Shown here: in pieces, positions 11,651 through 22,879 of the stretch
Layout: every line of letters starts with the position of its first letter
Position numbering within the stretch: the stretch's first letter is position 1
Source: Rhodosorus marinus CCMP1338
Lineage: Eukaryota; Plantae; Rhodophyta
Length of the DNA stretch: 64,000 nt
Assembly: GCA_029953675.1 (NCBI GenBank)
Contig: JAMWBK010000012.1
Coordinates: 1,091,868 to 1,155,867, forward strand
Reading direction: 5' to 3'
Notes under the pieces: model-generated
What the model was told of the DNA's origin: nothing
Seen by the model: only the letters and a program-made list of their open reading frames with translations
The model's database searches: none
Position numbers and translations under genes: made by a program

Positions 11651-12009
11651 GAGTGAACCAGGTTGTGTGGGTTCTACCTCCTGGTTCTTGCAAATTTTCA
11701 TATTTTGCTGAGAGCGGGGAAATGCGAGATATTTCCCGCACCTCTATTACCGAGCGCCAGATGGGGAAATGAACTCGCCACACAATTTTGAGCACTGAAC
11801 AGGTCTAAAAATAGAAACAAATCAATGCCGTGGATACAAATACTATTTGAGCATTTTCAGGTGCACGCAGTTGCCTGGCGGCTTCGCGTGGATGGTCCGT
11901 GCTCTGACCGGCAGCGTCGAATGGAGGGGTACCGTCGATGCCGTTATCAGCAATATACGCATGTCCAACTCCCTGTGGACAACATGTACAAGAGCAGGAG
12001 AGCATAGCA

Positions 12010-13480
12010 CTTACTGGTGGTGGTTTTATTGTCTTTATTCGGCTTTACTGGTTGGTTTTATTAGCATAGCCTAAAACGCTACGCAAACCGTGAAAAGGAG
12101 CTAAGAAGCGTGCAAACCCAGGCGCCGATGGCGCGCCTCGGCAAGCATGCTGCTCGAATATTGCCAGAGAGAGACACTTAAACGCCGCAAAAGTTCCAAG
12201 TATTCAACGGGATGCTCAATTTTTCCGCAACCACTCCAAACCCGCCCTCTCCAACTGACCAAAGCTTTCCTCAATGAAAGGCTGGAACTGGTGGGAGCGA
12301 CCCTCAGCGCGAGACAGACAGGCCATACTCTCAGCATACCGTCGTTCCTTCACGCGGCGAAGGGCCGAAGCAGCTGCTCCCCGGCGGCGGGCGGCAGCCG
12401 TGAGATGGGCGCTTGCCACAGGGCATGTAATCGCGAGGTCAACATATACTCAGCGTCTGGCGGCAGCATCGGAGACGAGGAGATCTGCGATATAGCGGGG
12501 AGGTGCCCTATCCGAAACCGATCTGGGTAGTTCCGATTCCACCTCCAACGTATGCCCTACCCGAGTCAAACATTCGCTGAGAATGTACTTGAAGCGAGTG
12601 TGACGCCTCGTACGAAGACCTCTCAACAGTCCGCATGAACCTAAGAAGTGGTAACCACAAGCATCGATCCGACTCTCGCATCCCTAACAGAAAAACGGCC
12701 GATTAGAGTGGCACGGAGCTTGTGCCAAACCCAGGTAAATCCGTGCGGCAGAGCGAAACTGGAAGGCATCAAGACTGTGACCCAGTGATGACGGCAGGGT
12801 CGTTAATCACAAATGTGATAGATGGCCTCCCATGACGCGGAGGCGAGCGGCGGTGGTAGGCGGTGTGAGGGGAGAGTTGAGCAAGATTGCGTGAGCGGCA
12901 CTGTGTTAGCCCCAGGTGAGGCTATGTTGAATCACATCAGTGCGCGAGCTCTACAATCGGCTCAGACCAGGGTAATCGGCAACCGGTGACCCGGGGCTAG
13001 CTTCCCCCTCGTCGGCGAGTACTCTGTCGATGTTAGAGTCCTCGAGCGCCTCAGTTCGTCCCCATAACAGCTCCTTCCAGGAGCGAAATCTGGATCGGCT
13101 CTCGTCCGGCACGGCGTTGCACTTTCTCAACGCCTGTTGCGGAGCATCATAGATACTCAAAAGCGGTGGCGGAAGGGTCACGGGGTCTTCGCTAGTCAGT
13201 GCTCTAGCCAAAAGGCAAGCACTTCTTCGCATCTGAAAACTCACCAAGGTGCGAAGTTGCTTTATTGAAAAGTTGTTTTATTAGCATAACCTGATGCGTT
13301 GCGCAAGATGTAAAAGGAAAGGGCGGCTTGGGAGAAGAGCATGCAAGCCCAGGCGAGCATTTTGCTAGAATACCGCCAGAGAGCGACACTTAAACTGCGG
13401 AGGAGCACCGGATATTCTTCAGGAAACATTTGCGCAGCCACTCCAAGCTTGACTTTTTCCAGATGCCCAAAGCTTTCCTA
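12010..13480 (-). mobile_element. Degenerate family C-like 3' portion (RLE region), with deletions
   Basis: RRGAAASALRRVKERRYAES, FQPFIEESFG, SACLLARALTSEDPVTLPP; tail-like ttattagcatagcc at ~12060. Confidence 0.85.
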
Positions 13481-13498
13481 AGGTGGGACTTGCATTTA

Positions 13499-15163
13499 CT
13501 AAAGTACGACTTGTATCTGAACGTCTTCCCATAGTAACCATCGCTCAGTCTGAATATTGACGCGGACGATGTAGTCTCCTGGGCTCGGGTAGGTGATACT
13601 TATGGAGCTCGCGGTTCGTGAAGTGCTGGTGACGCCATCCGTCCATACGTCCCGGAAGATCGCTTCATCCACGCGCACTGGGATGAAAGTTTCCCAAAAG
13701 TAGGTCACGGCTTCGCCCTGGATGCTCGATCCTATTGCCTCGAACGAGATGGGCATACCCGTCATCGTCACAAGCTGGTCGCCAACGACGGAAAGCTGCA
13801 AGCGAAGGGGGTTGGGAGCTCGGGTTCTGTTGTACACCGGACGAATATTCTTACTGTTCCATTCCGTCCATTCGTTGAGCAATCTTTGCATTTTCACCGG
13901 TCTATTGTCTGCTATGTTCGTGGTTTCGCCGATATCCGATCTCAGATCATATAGCTCCGGCTCCTCCGTACTATGGATGACTGCCTTCCAGCGGCCTTGA
14001 CGGATCATTCCTCTGCTTATCCCCTCAGGGTTGGGGCCTCCAAAAGCAATGAAAGGGTGAGTCGGTCCGCTTGCTTCCGGCGCACTCTGGCCAACCTTCC
14101 TGAAAAATGGAATGAGATCAACCCCGACGAGGTCGGGATTCTTCCTGTTCTCAGGAACGCCAGCGAGGTTTTCTAGAGTCGGGTAGATGTCCAGATGGGT
14201 TGCCAACTTTTTGAACGTCTGTCCGCTTTGGAGAGTACCAGGCCAGGTTATGTACCACGGGACCCTCAGGCCTCCTTCATAGTATGAACCCTTTATATCC
14301 CTCAGCGGTTCGTTGATTGCACCGTGTTTGTGCCCACCGTTGTCGCTGCTGAACATAATGACGGTGTTCTCGGTGAGGCCGGCCTTCTCGAGGTAGCCAC
14401 GGATCCTTTCAACTCCTCGATCGAGCGATTTGATCATTGCCACGTAAGACCGACGATCCGGAGAGACGGTCGGGTCCCGGTCGCTCGGCAGAGAGATCAG
14501 CGGGGCATGCGGCGCGTTGTACGACAGGTAGAGAAAGAAAGGCTTCTCAAGCCTCTTCGCCTTGGCAATGTAGCCTATAGCGGCGTCCGTGAAGTTGTCT
14601 GTAATGTATTCAATGTCATTGACGCGATCGAAACCTCTGTAGATGTAGTCATAGTCATCGAGCTCCGGGTCGTATTCTTGCGAGCGCAAGTAATTCCACG
14701 AGCCCTTGAGGAACCCGAAGAATCCGTTGTAGCCACGGTTCTTCGGGTGATGACCAGGAGAGTGCCCTAAATGCCACTTTCCAACGCAGTAGGTCTTGTA
14801 CCCGGCCTCTTGCATCGTCTCCGGTATTGTTTTATATTCTAGTGGAAGTCCCACGCGGTTGTCCCAATAGTCCTTTGGAGCATTGAATGCGGCGCCAATT
14901 CTGAAAGGCCAAATCCCCGAGAAGAGACCGGACCGCGACGGCCCGCAAAAGCTGTGCGGAGCGTATCCATCGGTGAGAATGACTCCATCTCTTGCGAGCT
15001 TGTCGATATGAGGGGACTTGACATCGTCGCTGCCCTGGACGCCAAGGTCGTTGTAGCCCAGGTCATCAACCAGAATCACAATCACGTTCGGTTTATCCTG
15101 CTGGCACTCACCAAGCCATACCAGAGCCACCCACAAACCTAACCATATGCTAATAAGTCTCAT
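13499..15163 (-). CDS. Secreted formylglycine-dependent (family S1) sulfatase with a C-terminal Ig/PKD-like region; likely start at ATG 15163
   Basis: Hydrophobic leader MRLISIWLGLWVALVWLG, DDLG, CGPSRSGL (CxPxR), GKWHLG, SDNG; single open frame. Confidence 0.93.
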   Translation of the reverse strand: MRLISIWLGLWVALVWLGECQQDKPNVIVILVDDLGYNDLGVQGSDDVKSPHIDKLARDGVILTDGYAPHSFCGPSRSGLFSGIWPFRIGAAFNAPKDYWDNRVGLPLEYKTIPETMQEAGYKTYCVGKWHLGHSPGHHPKNRGYNGFFGFLKGSWNYLRSQEYDPELDDYDYIYRGFDRVNDIEYITDNFTDAAIGYIAKAKRLEKPFFLYLSYNAPHAPLISLPSDRDPTVSPDRRSYVAMIKSLDRGVERIRGYLEKAGLTENTVIMFSSDNGGHKHGAINEPLRDIKGSYYEGGLRVPWYITWPGTLQSGQTFKKLATHLDIYPTLENLAGVPENRKNPDLVGVDLIPFFRKVGQSAPEASGPTHPFIAFGGPNPEGISRGMIRQGRWKAVIHSTEEPELYDLRSDIGETTNIADNRPVKMQRLLNEWTEWNSKNIRPVYNRTRAPNPLRLQLSVVGDQLVTMTGMPISFEAIGSSIQGEAVTYFWETFIPVRVDEAIFRDVWTDGVTSTSRTASSISITYPSPGDYIVRVNIQTERWLLWEDVQIQVVL

Positions 15164-16507
15164 GATTTGATCAAAAATATAAACAAACCTTACTCCTACC
15201 CTTTCCAACACCCGCTCCAATTGACGTGCTAGTGGTCTTTCATACCTTTATACACTGCTAATCGCTCCCCATCCGACGAAAAAGTCTTCATGCCGTTTCG
15301 AATGTATGTACATCGACTCTATACACTGAAGAACCAGATTAGGAAGCCCATCAGCTCCCATAACTCTGTTCCGAATGAATCAGAACATCCTCGTCCGATT
15401 CCAAACAGAATAGCTGTATCTATCCGAGTATAGTCCACGATTGGAAAAAAAAACGCGGACAGATCTATGTGACTCGCTCGAGTCACATAGATCTGTCCTG
15501 GTTTGGTTTTTGTTTCAATTTGGGAAACTTGTTTCAAACCCCCTAACCATTTCCCTCTCCCCCGCTCACTCTAACCGAGCACCTGCATTTGGGTCGCTGT
15601 CTTGATTCCTGAGGACAAAAGCATAGAGTCCATTTGACTCCCAACCACTTTGGTGAACAATCCCACTCACAGCCGGGGTTAAGTATCCACAAATGACTCT
15701 GCTGCATGATAGTGGCTCTATTAGCATAATTTTTGCGAAGGATAAAACAATTTCTATTCCAGGGTTGTATTTGCGAACAAATAGTATCGAAAATATTTGT
15801 ACAACTACACTATACGTTTAAACGTGAATCTAAAACAATTCTAACCCCCCTCCTAAGTACGTCGAATGGTTTTCTATTCGAGCACTAACTTTGTCGAGAA
15901 ATGAACGCGTTTAGTGTTGTGCTGACCCACTTTGCATGCGCATAAATACATTTTTAATGTATAGTGTAGTATTTTTGACTGTTTTGGACTTGAGATCGCG
16001 GGCCTGGGGGCTAAGCTTCTTATGCTTGTTTTGGTGCTCACACAGCACCTGGTCTGCGGTCAAATGAATTCTATTATCCGAGCGGAGGTGGGTAATGGTA
16101 CATTGAAATTGTACCGTTCCACACCTCTCTGCAGTCTTTCTCCAGCAACTCACTCGGTAGATCCCAAACAACCATCTCACTTTTCCTTGAAAATGGGAAT
16201 GGATTTGTGGAGGCGGGTACTATTAGCCGACTATTACTAATAGTCCAATATCGAGTGTTGGGCTTTTGCAAAGGCTGTCCTGAGGCAGAATAGACTACGG
16301 GGCTGGAAACGCTGTATTTGTTTTATGCCGATTTTCATGAATACGCCGTTCTGAAACCGAATCGTGGACTATACTCGGATAAATGCTATTATTCTGCTTG
16401 GAATCGCATCCAAGAATATTATCTACGGTAGCGAATACGGTACGAACGAACGAACGAATGGTTTAATCGGAGGCTGAAAAAAAAAAAACCCCGAGGGGAA
16501 AAAAAGA

Positions 16508-19500
16508 CTAAGCGCGGCGAAGTACTCGCGCCTCCAACATCAAAGCGGCATTCATGCGCCACAGCAGGAAACTTAAGCGGGTAAACAACGATTGAAGACG
16601 GTCAGGGCGTTCGCGGAACAACTCCCGAAGCCAGCGAGAACCAACAGAGTCCATGAACCCAAAGCACTCAATGATCAGGGGTACCAAGCGATGTGCTAGT
16701 GCCGAAGCACGAACACCAGGGGAAGACAAAGCCCCCGCGTATTTGATCTCTTTGCGGCGTCTCATGCTGGCGGCGGCAGATCCACGGCGCTCCCCCGCAG
16801 CCGGGAGATAACGACTAGCTTGAGGGTTAGGAACAGCAAGATCAACGTATGTGGTACGGCGGCTGTCGTCACAGGTGATCACCAGGTCGGCTACACGGCG
16901 TTCATCATTTTGAAAGTCCGCGACGGGTAAAGGTTTCTCACGTTCGATTTCCAGACCGGCTTGCCGGACTATAGGCCGAAGTTCCCGGTATAACAGGTTC
17001 AAGATCCGTGCGTGGCGGCGGGTTCGAGCACCTTTCACCGCCGGGCAACTAGCGAGCAGGTGGGCGCCAAAATCTGCGTTGTCTTCAGTCTGAGAGCAGA
17101 GAGGGCACGACGAACCCATCTCGTACGGCCAAGGGGGCTGATGTAAGCCGAGGTATAAGCGCAGTGAAGTACGCACTTCGAAATCCGACAGTGTGAGTGG
17201 CGGAAAGGCTGGTACGGTCAGGAGCCACTGAGAGCTAATAACCCCTCCAAGACTACGTAGGCGGGCGCGAGCGCGAGAAGATGAGACCATCTGCGCGAGG
17301 AGTCGGCCATATGCAGCACGGTGCAAGTCCCTAGAAAGGATATTTTGCAGCGCATCCGTGCGTGCTTGAGCTCGGCTCCCAGCGCGCTGGGAATCATCAG
17401 GAGGATCAACTGGAACTTCTTCTTCTGCGGCAACCACTGGGTCAATCTCCCCTAGAACAGGTTCAGGCGCAGGACGAATCCCCGGGGCGGAGCCTCGAGA
17501 GCGGTCAAATACAGCTCGCCAGTCAGGAAGACGGGGTTGAACGGTTTCGGGGAGACTAGTACAGGAATTCAGGGCGGTTTGGAGCTCCAGAAACAAGTCT
17601 TGGGCGCTTTCCGGTACGCTGGGAAGCAAGACACCCCGCGAGAGACTCGCCATCAAATTGCGGAACTTCGAGATACCCAAGCTGCTCAAAGTGGGAAGTG
17701 CGGTTCCCCAGGCCCCTACTGCAGCTGCAGGTTGGACCACAACACGATTGCAGAGGCCCAGTCCCCCCAATCGCAATGGGAGGCCTACCTGGGCGCGCAC
17801 AACATCACAGGTGGGTCGCGGCAGAGCGCTCAGCTCTTCATCGAGAAAATACCCCAGGTCACGGAAACTTTCAGCATCCGCACGAGTGGCCAACCACCGG
17901 CCCCAATGAGTTGGAAGTGAGCGAAGCCAATAGGTTAACCGCTGACTGCAACAATACCGAAATAGCAACAACGAGCACTGTAGAAAGCCCGGAGGTAGCC
18001 GTCGAAGCTCTGAAACCAGCTGTCTGTGCTTACCGAGGAGCTGCAGCAACTCGCCTTCAACGAAGGACGGCGACCCGTAGGGGATGCCTAAGTGGACAAA
18101 ACCATCCGGTCTCCAAATATCCTGGAACGACGCAGGTACCTGCTGCTCTTGTGCAGCTACACCTCCCCAGTAGAACGATTTGTGATGATTAACCTCCAGG
18201 TCAACCCGCGAAGCCAAGGAGCGGAGACGATCATAAGCGAGTGCTAGAGTATCAGGGGGCCCCAGGAGGCACACGTCGTCGTGGTATGCAACCGTACGAA
18301 CCTGCGGGAATTCGGAGCGAAGACAAAGCAAGACGAGTTGTAGTCCACAGGCATGTAGGAAAGGGGACAAGGGATCACCCTGTTGTACCCCTGTGCGCGC
18401 CGCAAACGTGTGTGAGGAAGCGCCAAGGGTGTCATAGGTAGCCCCACGACCAAGCGGAGAATAAAGTCTACTAACAAAGGGAAAGCCTACAGGGAAGACT
18501 TCGCGCACCACGTGCATGAGAGCCGGACGAGAGACGCGGTTGAACGCATTGGTAAAATCTACAGAGAGGAGCCCAGAATCTGGGGAGTACGCCATTTCCG
18601 AACGGAGTAAAACAGACAACAACTCACAGCCACCATGATAGCCCACGCCTAACTGCACGTGCCCAAAGAAACGGCGGGATTCGGGAACCAGGATTTTCAC
18701 TAACCATCGCGCCGCCAATTTGCGGACCACCTCAACCAGGCCAATAGGGCGAATAGCAGGGCTCGAGGCCGTGTGGCCGGGCTTCGAAAGCAGACACAAC
18801 TGCGAACGCCCGACCAAGAACCACGCACACTCACACAGGGGATCACCATTCACAAGCGCTTCGACCACCCACGCCAACGCCTTCAAACCTTCATCACTTA
18901 AGAAACGGAGATATTCCACCCGCAGCCTCGAGGGCCCTGGGGAACGGCCCTTCGGAGCATCATGAACCAACTCACGCACCGCCTCCAGATTGACCACTAA
19001 CCGCGCACTGGGATGTGGCGCGGCGCGGTACTCTTCCAACACTGATTCAAACGAGGAGTCCCAAGGGGAGCCTTCCGAGGGAAAGAGCAAACGGAGCGGT
19101 GAAGAAAGATCATCGGAGTATGGAACCACAGGTTGCCGCTGCTGGAGGATCCCGGCTGCCCGCCGCAGATCACCGCCTGCCACCGCGTGACGCGCCCGAT
19201 TCTGTCGAGAAGCCCTAAAAGCTGAGGGAGCACTAGGAGAAAAGGAAGTGAGAGAAGCGAAATAAAGACGTTCGAGGTCCTCAAAGTCGCCGGAAAGGAA
19301 CATTTGCAGTTTTCGGCGAGGGTGGACCCGGCGAGGATGTGGGTTGAGGGGGACGGTAGAGGAGGTGAGCACGAGGCGGGGAAAAAAGAACAAGAGTTCC
19401 CAGCGAAGAGAGCAGTGAGGGTTCGCGGCGACCTGCTGCCAGAGAAAATCCAACACCAATCCTAGGGGCTTATGAAGTCGACGAAGGAGCCGTACGGCCG

Positions 19501-19651
19501 TGCTCTGACGACAAAGGGGAAGGGAACCGTCCGGGTAGGAGGCGACAAGGTGCGAAAACCACGAGAGAACACGCTCATGCCAGGCTGAGCGGTCACTGGT
19601 AAACAAGGGTAACCGGGACGACACGCACGCGGAGGAGGAAGACTCAGACAT
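16508..19651 (-). CDS. Family B ORF2: RT, CCHC knuckle and RLE endonuclease, intact; probable start MSESSS near 19651
   Basis: SPGPSRLR, RPIG, VDFTNAFN, GVQQGDPLSP, AYHDD, CPLC...HLLASC, RRH, ADL...VDL, KEIKY, PLIIECFG. Confidence 0.93.
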   Translation of the reverse strand: MSESSSSACVSSRLPLFTSDRSAWHERVLSWFSHLVASYPDGSLPLCRQSTAVRLLRRLHKPLGLVLDFLWQQVAANPHCSLRWELLFFFPRLVLTSSTVPLNPHPRRVHPRRKLQMFLSGDFEDLERLYFASLTSFSPSAPSAFRASRQNRARHAVAGGDLRRAAGILQQRQPVVPYSDDLSSPLRLLFPSEGSPWDSSFESVLEEYRAAPHPSARLVVNLEAVRELVHDAPKGRSPGPSRLRVEYLRFLSDEGLKALAWVVEALVNGDPLCECAWFLVGRSQLCLLSKPGHTASSPAIRPIGLVEVVRKLAARWLVKILVPESRRFFGHVQLGVGYHGGCELLSVLLRSEMAYSPDSGLLSVDFTNAFNRVSRPALMHVVREVFPVGFPFVSRLYSPLGRGATYDTLGASSHTFAARTGVQQGDPLSPFLHACGLQLVLLCLRSEFPQVRTVAYHDDVCLLGPPDTLALAYDRLRSLASRVDLEVNHHKSFYWGGVAAQEQQVPASFQDIWRPDGFVHLGIPYGSPSFVEGELLQLLGKHRQLVSELRRLPPGFLQCSLLLFRYCCSQRLTYWLRSLPTHWGRWLATRADAESFRDLGYFLDEELSALPRPTCDVVRAQVGLPLRLGGLGLCNRVVVQPAAAVGAWGTALPTLSSLGISKFRNLMASLSRGVLLPSVPESAQDLFLELQTALNSCTSLPETVQPRLPDWRAVFDRSRGSAPGIRPAPEPVLGEIDPVVAAEEEVPVDPPDDSQRAGSRAQARTDALQNILSRDLHRAAYGRLLAQMVSSSRARARLRSLGGVISSQWLLTVPAFPPLTLSDFEVRTSLRLYLGLHQPPWPYEMGSSCPLCSQTEDNADFGAHLLASCPAVKGARTRRHARILNLLYRELRPIVRQAGLEIEREKPLPVADFQNDERRVADLVITCDDSRRTTYVDLAVPNPQASRYLPAAGERRGSAAASMRRRKEIKYAGALSSPGVRASALAHRLVPLIIECFGFMDSVGSRWLRELFRERPDRLQSLFTRLSFLLWRMNAALMLEARVLRRA

Positions 19652-20945
19652 CGGGCCTCCCCTCAGTCGGGAAGGCAGATCGAATATCCGGAGGAGGTGC
19701 CTCGGAGGGAGGCTCAGGAGCCGCACGACGCTTACGTGGAGGGCGCACGAAGGAACTAAAAGACCTGAAGAAAGTAGACACAGGGTTTTCAGCAGCGGAG
19801 TCTTGACTGAGGGTGTCCAGAGCCAGCGGATTCGGAGAGGCCGATGGTGCTTCTGCCATGTCGGTGTCACGAGCCTCGGAGACAGGGCGAGGGGAGGAAG
19901 GGTGCTCAAGAGTCGGCGGCAGAAGGTCAAACGCAGGGTGAGCTTCCAGCAGGGTGGCCTCAGTGGAGAGGAAGGCCTCTAGCGCGGTGCGGAGGACCCC
20001 GCGAGGAGGAAAACGCGCGAAGAGGCTCGCCTGTATGCGCGAGAGCCGCGCCGCATGAGTGTGTAGCGCGACAACCGAAGCCTGCGAGGCATCCAGGTTT
20101 TGCAAGGCCGACGGAGGAACCCAGCCGGCGTCAAAACGATCGAACTCGACAAACAAAGAGACATGAGGACGAGTCAGTATCATGTTGGCCAGAGCAGAGC
20201 GCTGGGGCGCGGGGGTGGTTACAAGCGATTGAAGGAACTGGTAAGCCGAGTCAGTAACAAGAAAACAGGCATGAGGGCCGTGAAGTCCACATATAGGAAT
20301 TCAGACGGGGCGACCCCAAGGGAGGAAGCCATGGTGTCGCGAAAATCGCGGTAGTGGACGGGCGCGCGGCCCCGACCACGAGAGGGGGTCTGGGGACGCA
20401 CGTTCGTCATCCAAACAAAGTGGAACGGAGATAGTTGGCGAGAAGAGTCAATAGGGATGTGTTGTGGCATCATACGCACCATTGCCGTCGTGCGTTGTTC
20501 AGAAGAGCCCCTGCGTAGGACCTGCGAATAGGTCGCACGTGGGGCACTGGAGGGAGCAGGATTCGGGCCCGACGCGGGCCCAGGAGGCGTCTGTCCTTGA
20601 ATAGGGGTAGGCCAGTCGGAATCAGGAATGACCGGAGCGGAGCGCTCGGGTCGGGTGGAGGCAGGCCCCGCTGTACCGTGCGGATCCGCGGGGACGGGCA
20701 CCGGGGGGTATGGGGCAGGCGCGGAGGCGGAGAAGCGCTCCAAATAGGCGATCAGCAGGGGCAGGCGGTGTTCCTGGGAAGCAGTCACAAGAAGACTCGT
20801 CAGTTTCGAGCAGATCCCATGGGCTAACTCGTCAGCGCAGTCCGTGAGGGTGGCCGCGGTACTAAACCCGCCCACGCAGAGCTCCACGCGCGCTGAGAGA
20901 ACGGCTCCGTCCGCCGGAATGGGTGGGGAAACCCCAACCATAGCG
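19644..20945 (-). pseudogene. Family B ORF1, about 430 aa, apparent 1-bp deletion near 20273
   Basis: ORFs 20219..21130 and 19644..20183 join to give VDFTA-x-HACFLV, matching family A VDFIASHACLL; start near MVGVSPP is assumed. Confidence 0.7.
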
Positions 20946-21224
20946 ATTGGAAGGTGTGAAAAACCGATTCCTCCACGAAGCCCCCAAAAAGAGAACTTGT
21001 TCCCAACGTTTGCAACCCAAGAAAAACCACCACGACCTCCAAGGGGCGCTAGCAACCCCCAGCACGCACCACACCACGAGAAGATGCGGGGGAAAGGCTG
21101 TAGAAAGGAGCGCCTCCCACCGAAGAACACAATTGCGACTCAAAACCACCAAAAGCCAGCACCATACACCCTCACGAAACCAAAACCCGTGGTAGCGAAT
21201 ACGGTTGCGCATTGTAAGCACCAT

Positions 21225-21850
21225 TTGTTTAATCGGAGATTGGAAGAAAAAACCCCGAGTGGAAAAAAAAGACTAGGCGCGGCGAAGATCGCGCGCCGCC
21301 AACATTAAAGCAGCGTTCATAACTAGAGCAAGAAAGTTAAACGGGTAAACAACGAGAACAGACCGTCAGGGCGTTCGCGGAACACTTCCCGAAGCTAACG
21401 AGAACCAAAGGAATCCATTAACCCAAAACGCTCAATGACCATTGTACCAGGCGATGAGCTTAGAGCCGAAGCACGAATGCCTGGGGAAGACAAGACCCCC
21501 GTATATTTCAACTCTTTGAGACGTTTCATACTGGCAGCGGCAAGTCCATGGCGCTCTCCCGCAGCCGGCAAATAACGACTTAGCCTGAGGATTAAGAACA
21601 GCAAGATCAACGTACGTCGTACAGCGGCTATCGACACAGGTGACCTCGTGGTTTGATAGTCTCATACTGGCAGCGGCAAATACACGGCGCTCTCCCGCAG
21701 TCGGCAAATAGCGACTAGCCTGAGGATTAGGAACGGCAAGATCAACGTACGTCGTACTGCGGCTATTGTGACAAATGACCACGAGGCAGCCCCTCGGCGT
21801 TCATCATTTTGGTAGTCTGCGATAGGCAAGGCTTCCCACGTTCAATTTCA
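21225..21850 (-). mobile_element. Rearranged, older family B-like 3' fragments
   Basis: TTYVDLAVPNPQASRYL occurs twice; B-like 3' UTR at ~21235-21290. Confidence 0.8.
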
Positions 21851-22679
21851 AGACCGGCTTGCCGTACGATAGGCCGAAGTTCGCGGTATAACAGGTTCAG
21901 TAGGGGTGTGCCAAGTGCGCCAGGGTTTTCGCTGTTTACGACCCAGAAGTGGGTAAACCCGCGAAAACAGGGGGGTTTAATGGGGAGGAGATAAACGGAC
22001 AACATTAGTGGCCAATAGGGGATTCCAGCGCGTGCGTGCGTCAAACATTTGGTGGGTGTGGATTGAAATTTTAATGATTATCGCGGGGTTTTTGGCCGAG
22101 AAATGCAACTGTTTTCATGGGGGGTACCGGGTGGTTTTAGAAGAGCTACGTGAGCTCGACTCGGGCTTCGGAGCATTCCCCAGATCTCGATGATTAAGTT
22201 TCTTGCAGGAAATGGGATCATCGTTCTTTTCCGAAGAGCTTTTGAAGGTTGGGAGAGAGTCATAAAATAGAAGCGGAGGCAGTACGTCCTAGCTTGTGAA
22301 CATCAAGTCCTTACCGGACCCTTTTTCCATGGACAAGCTTGTAGAGTTCGGTTTTTTGGCTGAAAGGTTTATTCGAATGAATGGTTTAATCGGAGGCTGA
22401 AAAAAAAAAAAAAAGGTTTATTCAGGGTACTCAATAAAAGTACAACTCCTCAACTTTTGTGTTTCAGGTTGCAAGGGCTTCGGATGCCTTTCTAGGAACT
22501 ATCTGAGAAAAAGATCTCAGCAACGTCTTCATTTGTCGGAAAAAGCTTTCCGGTCCTTTGTCCTCGCCGCCCGTGTCTTAGTAGCTCTGCTAGACTGTTT
22601 TAACGGAACTCGTGCATGCTAGCAGTGGAACATGTCAAACCATAGCCATCCGTCTGCGTTCCCATTTGCAAACATTATA

Positions 22680-22800
22680 TTGAATTTGTTTTATCGGAGG
22701 CTGAAAGAAAAAAAACCCGAGGGGAAAAAAAAGACTAAGCGCGGCGAACATCGTGAGCCTCCAACATCAAAGCAGCGTTCACACGCCACAGCAAGAAACT
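22680..22800 (-). mobile_element. Family B-like 3' end
   Basis: atcggaggctgaaagaaaaaaacccgaggggaaaaaaaagactaagcgcggcga. Confidence 0.75.
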
Positions 22801-22879
22801 TAGGGGTGAAGCTCAGCGGGCTTTCGAGTCCCCATGAATGGATCCCTGTTCCTAGCCACCCTAGCCGCAGTTGTGCTCA

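Larger units (their letters stand above)
16442..21190 (-). mobile_element. Full-length family B RLE-type non-LTR retrotransposon (4749 bp)
   Basis: 15-bp TSD GGTAGCGAATACGGT at 16427-16441 and 21191-21205; (TTCG)n tail; ORF1 and intact ORF2. Confidence 0.95.

Noticed and set aside
13722-15142. Plus-strand ORFs overlapping the sulfatase, and similar antisense ORFs over the RT genes
   Set aside because: Shadow frames of GC-rich coding sequence with no motifs
20950-21190. 5' self-cleaving ribozyme in family B (and in A 5' UTRs)
   Set aside because: No hammerhead core or HDV-like pairing recognisable by eye; an Infernal search would be needed
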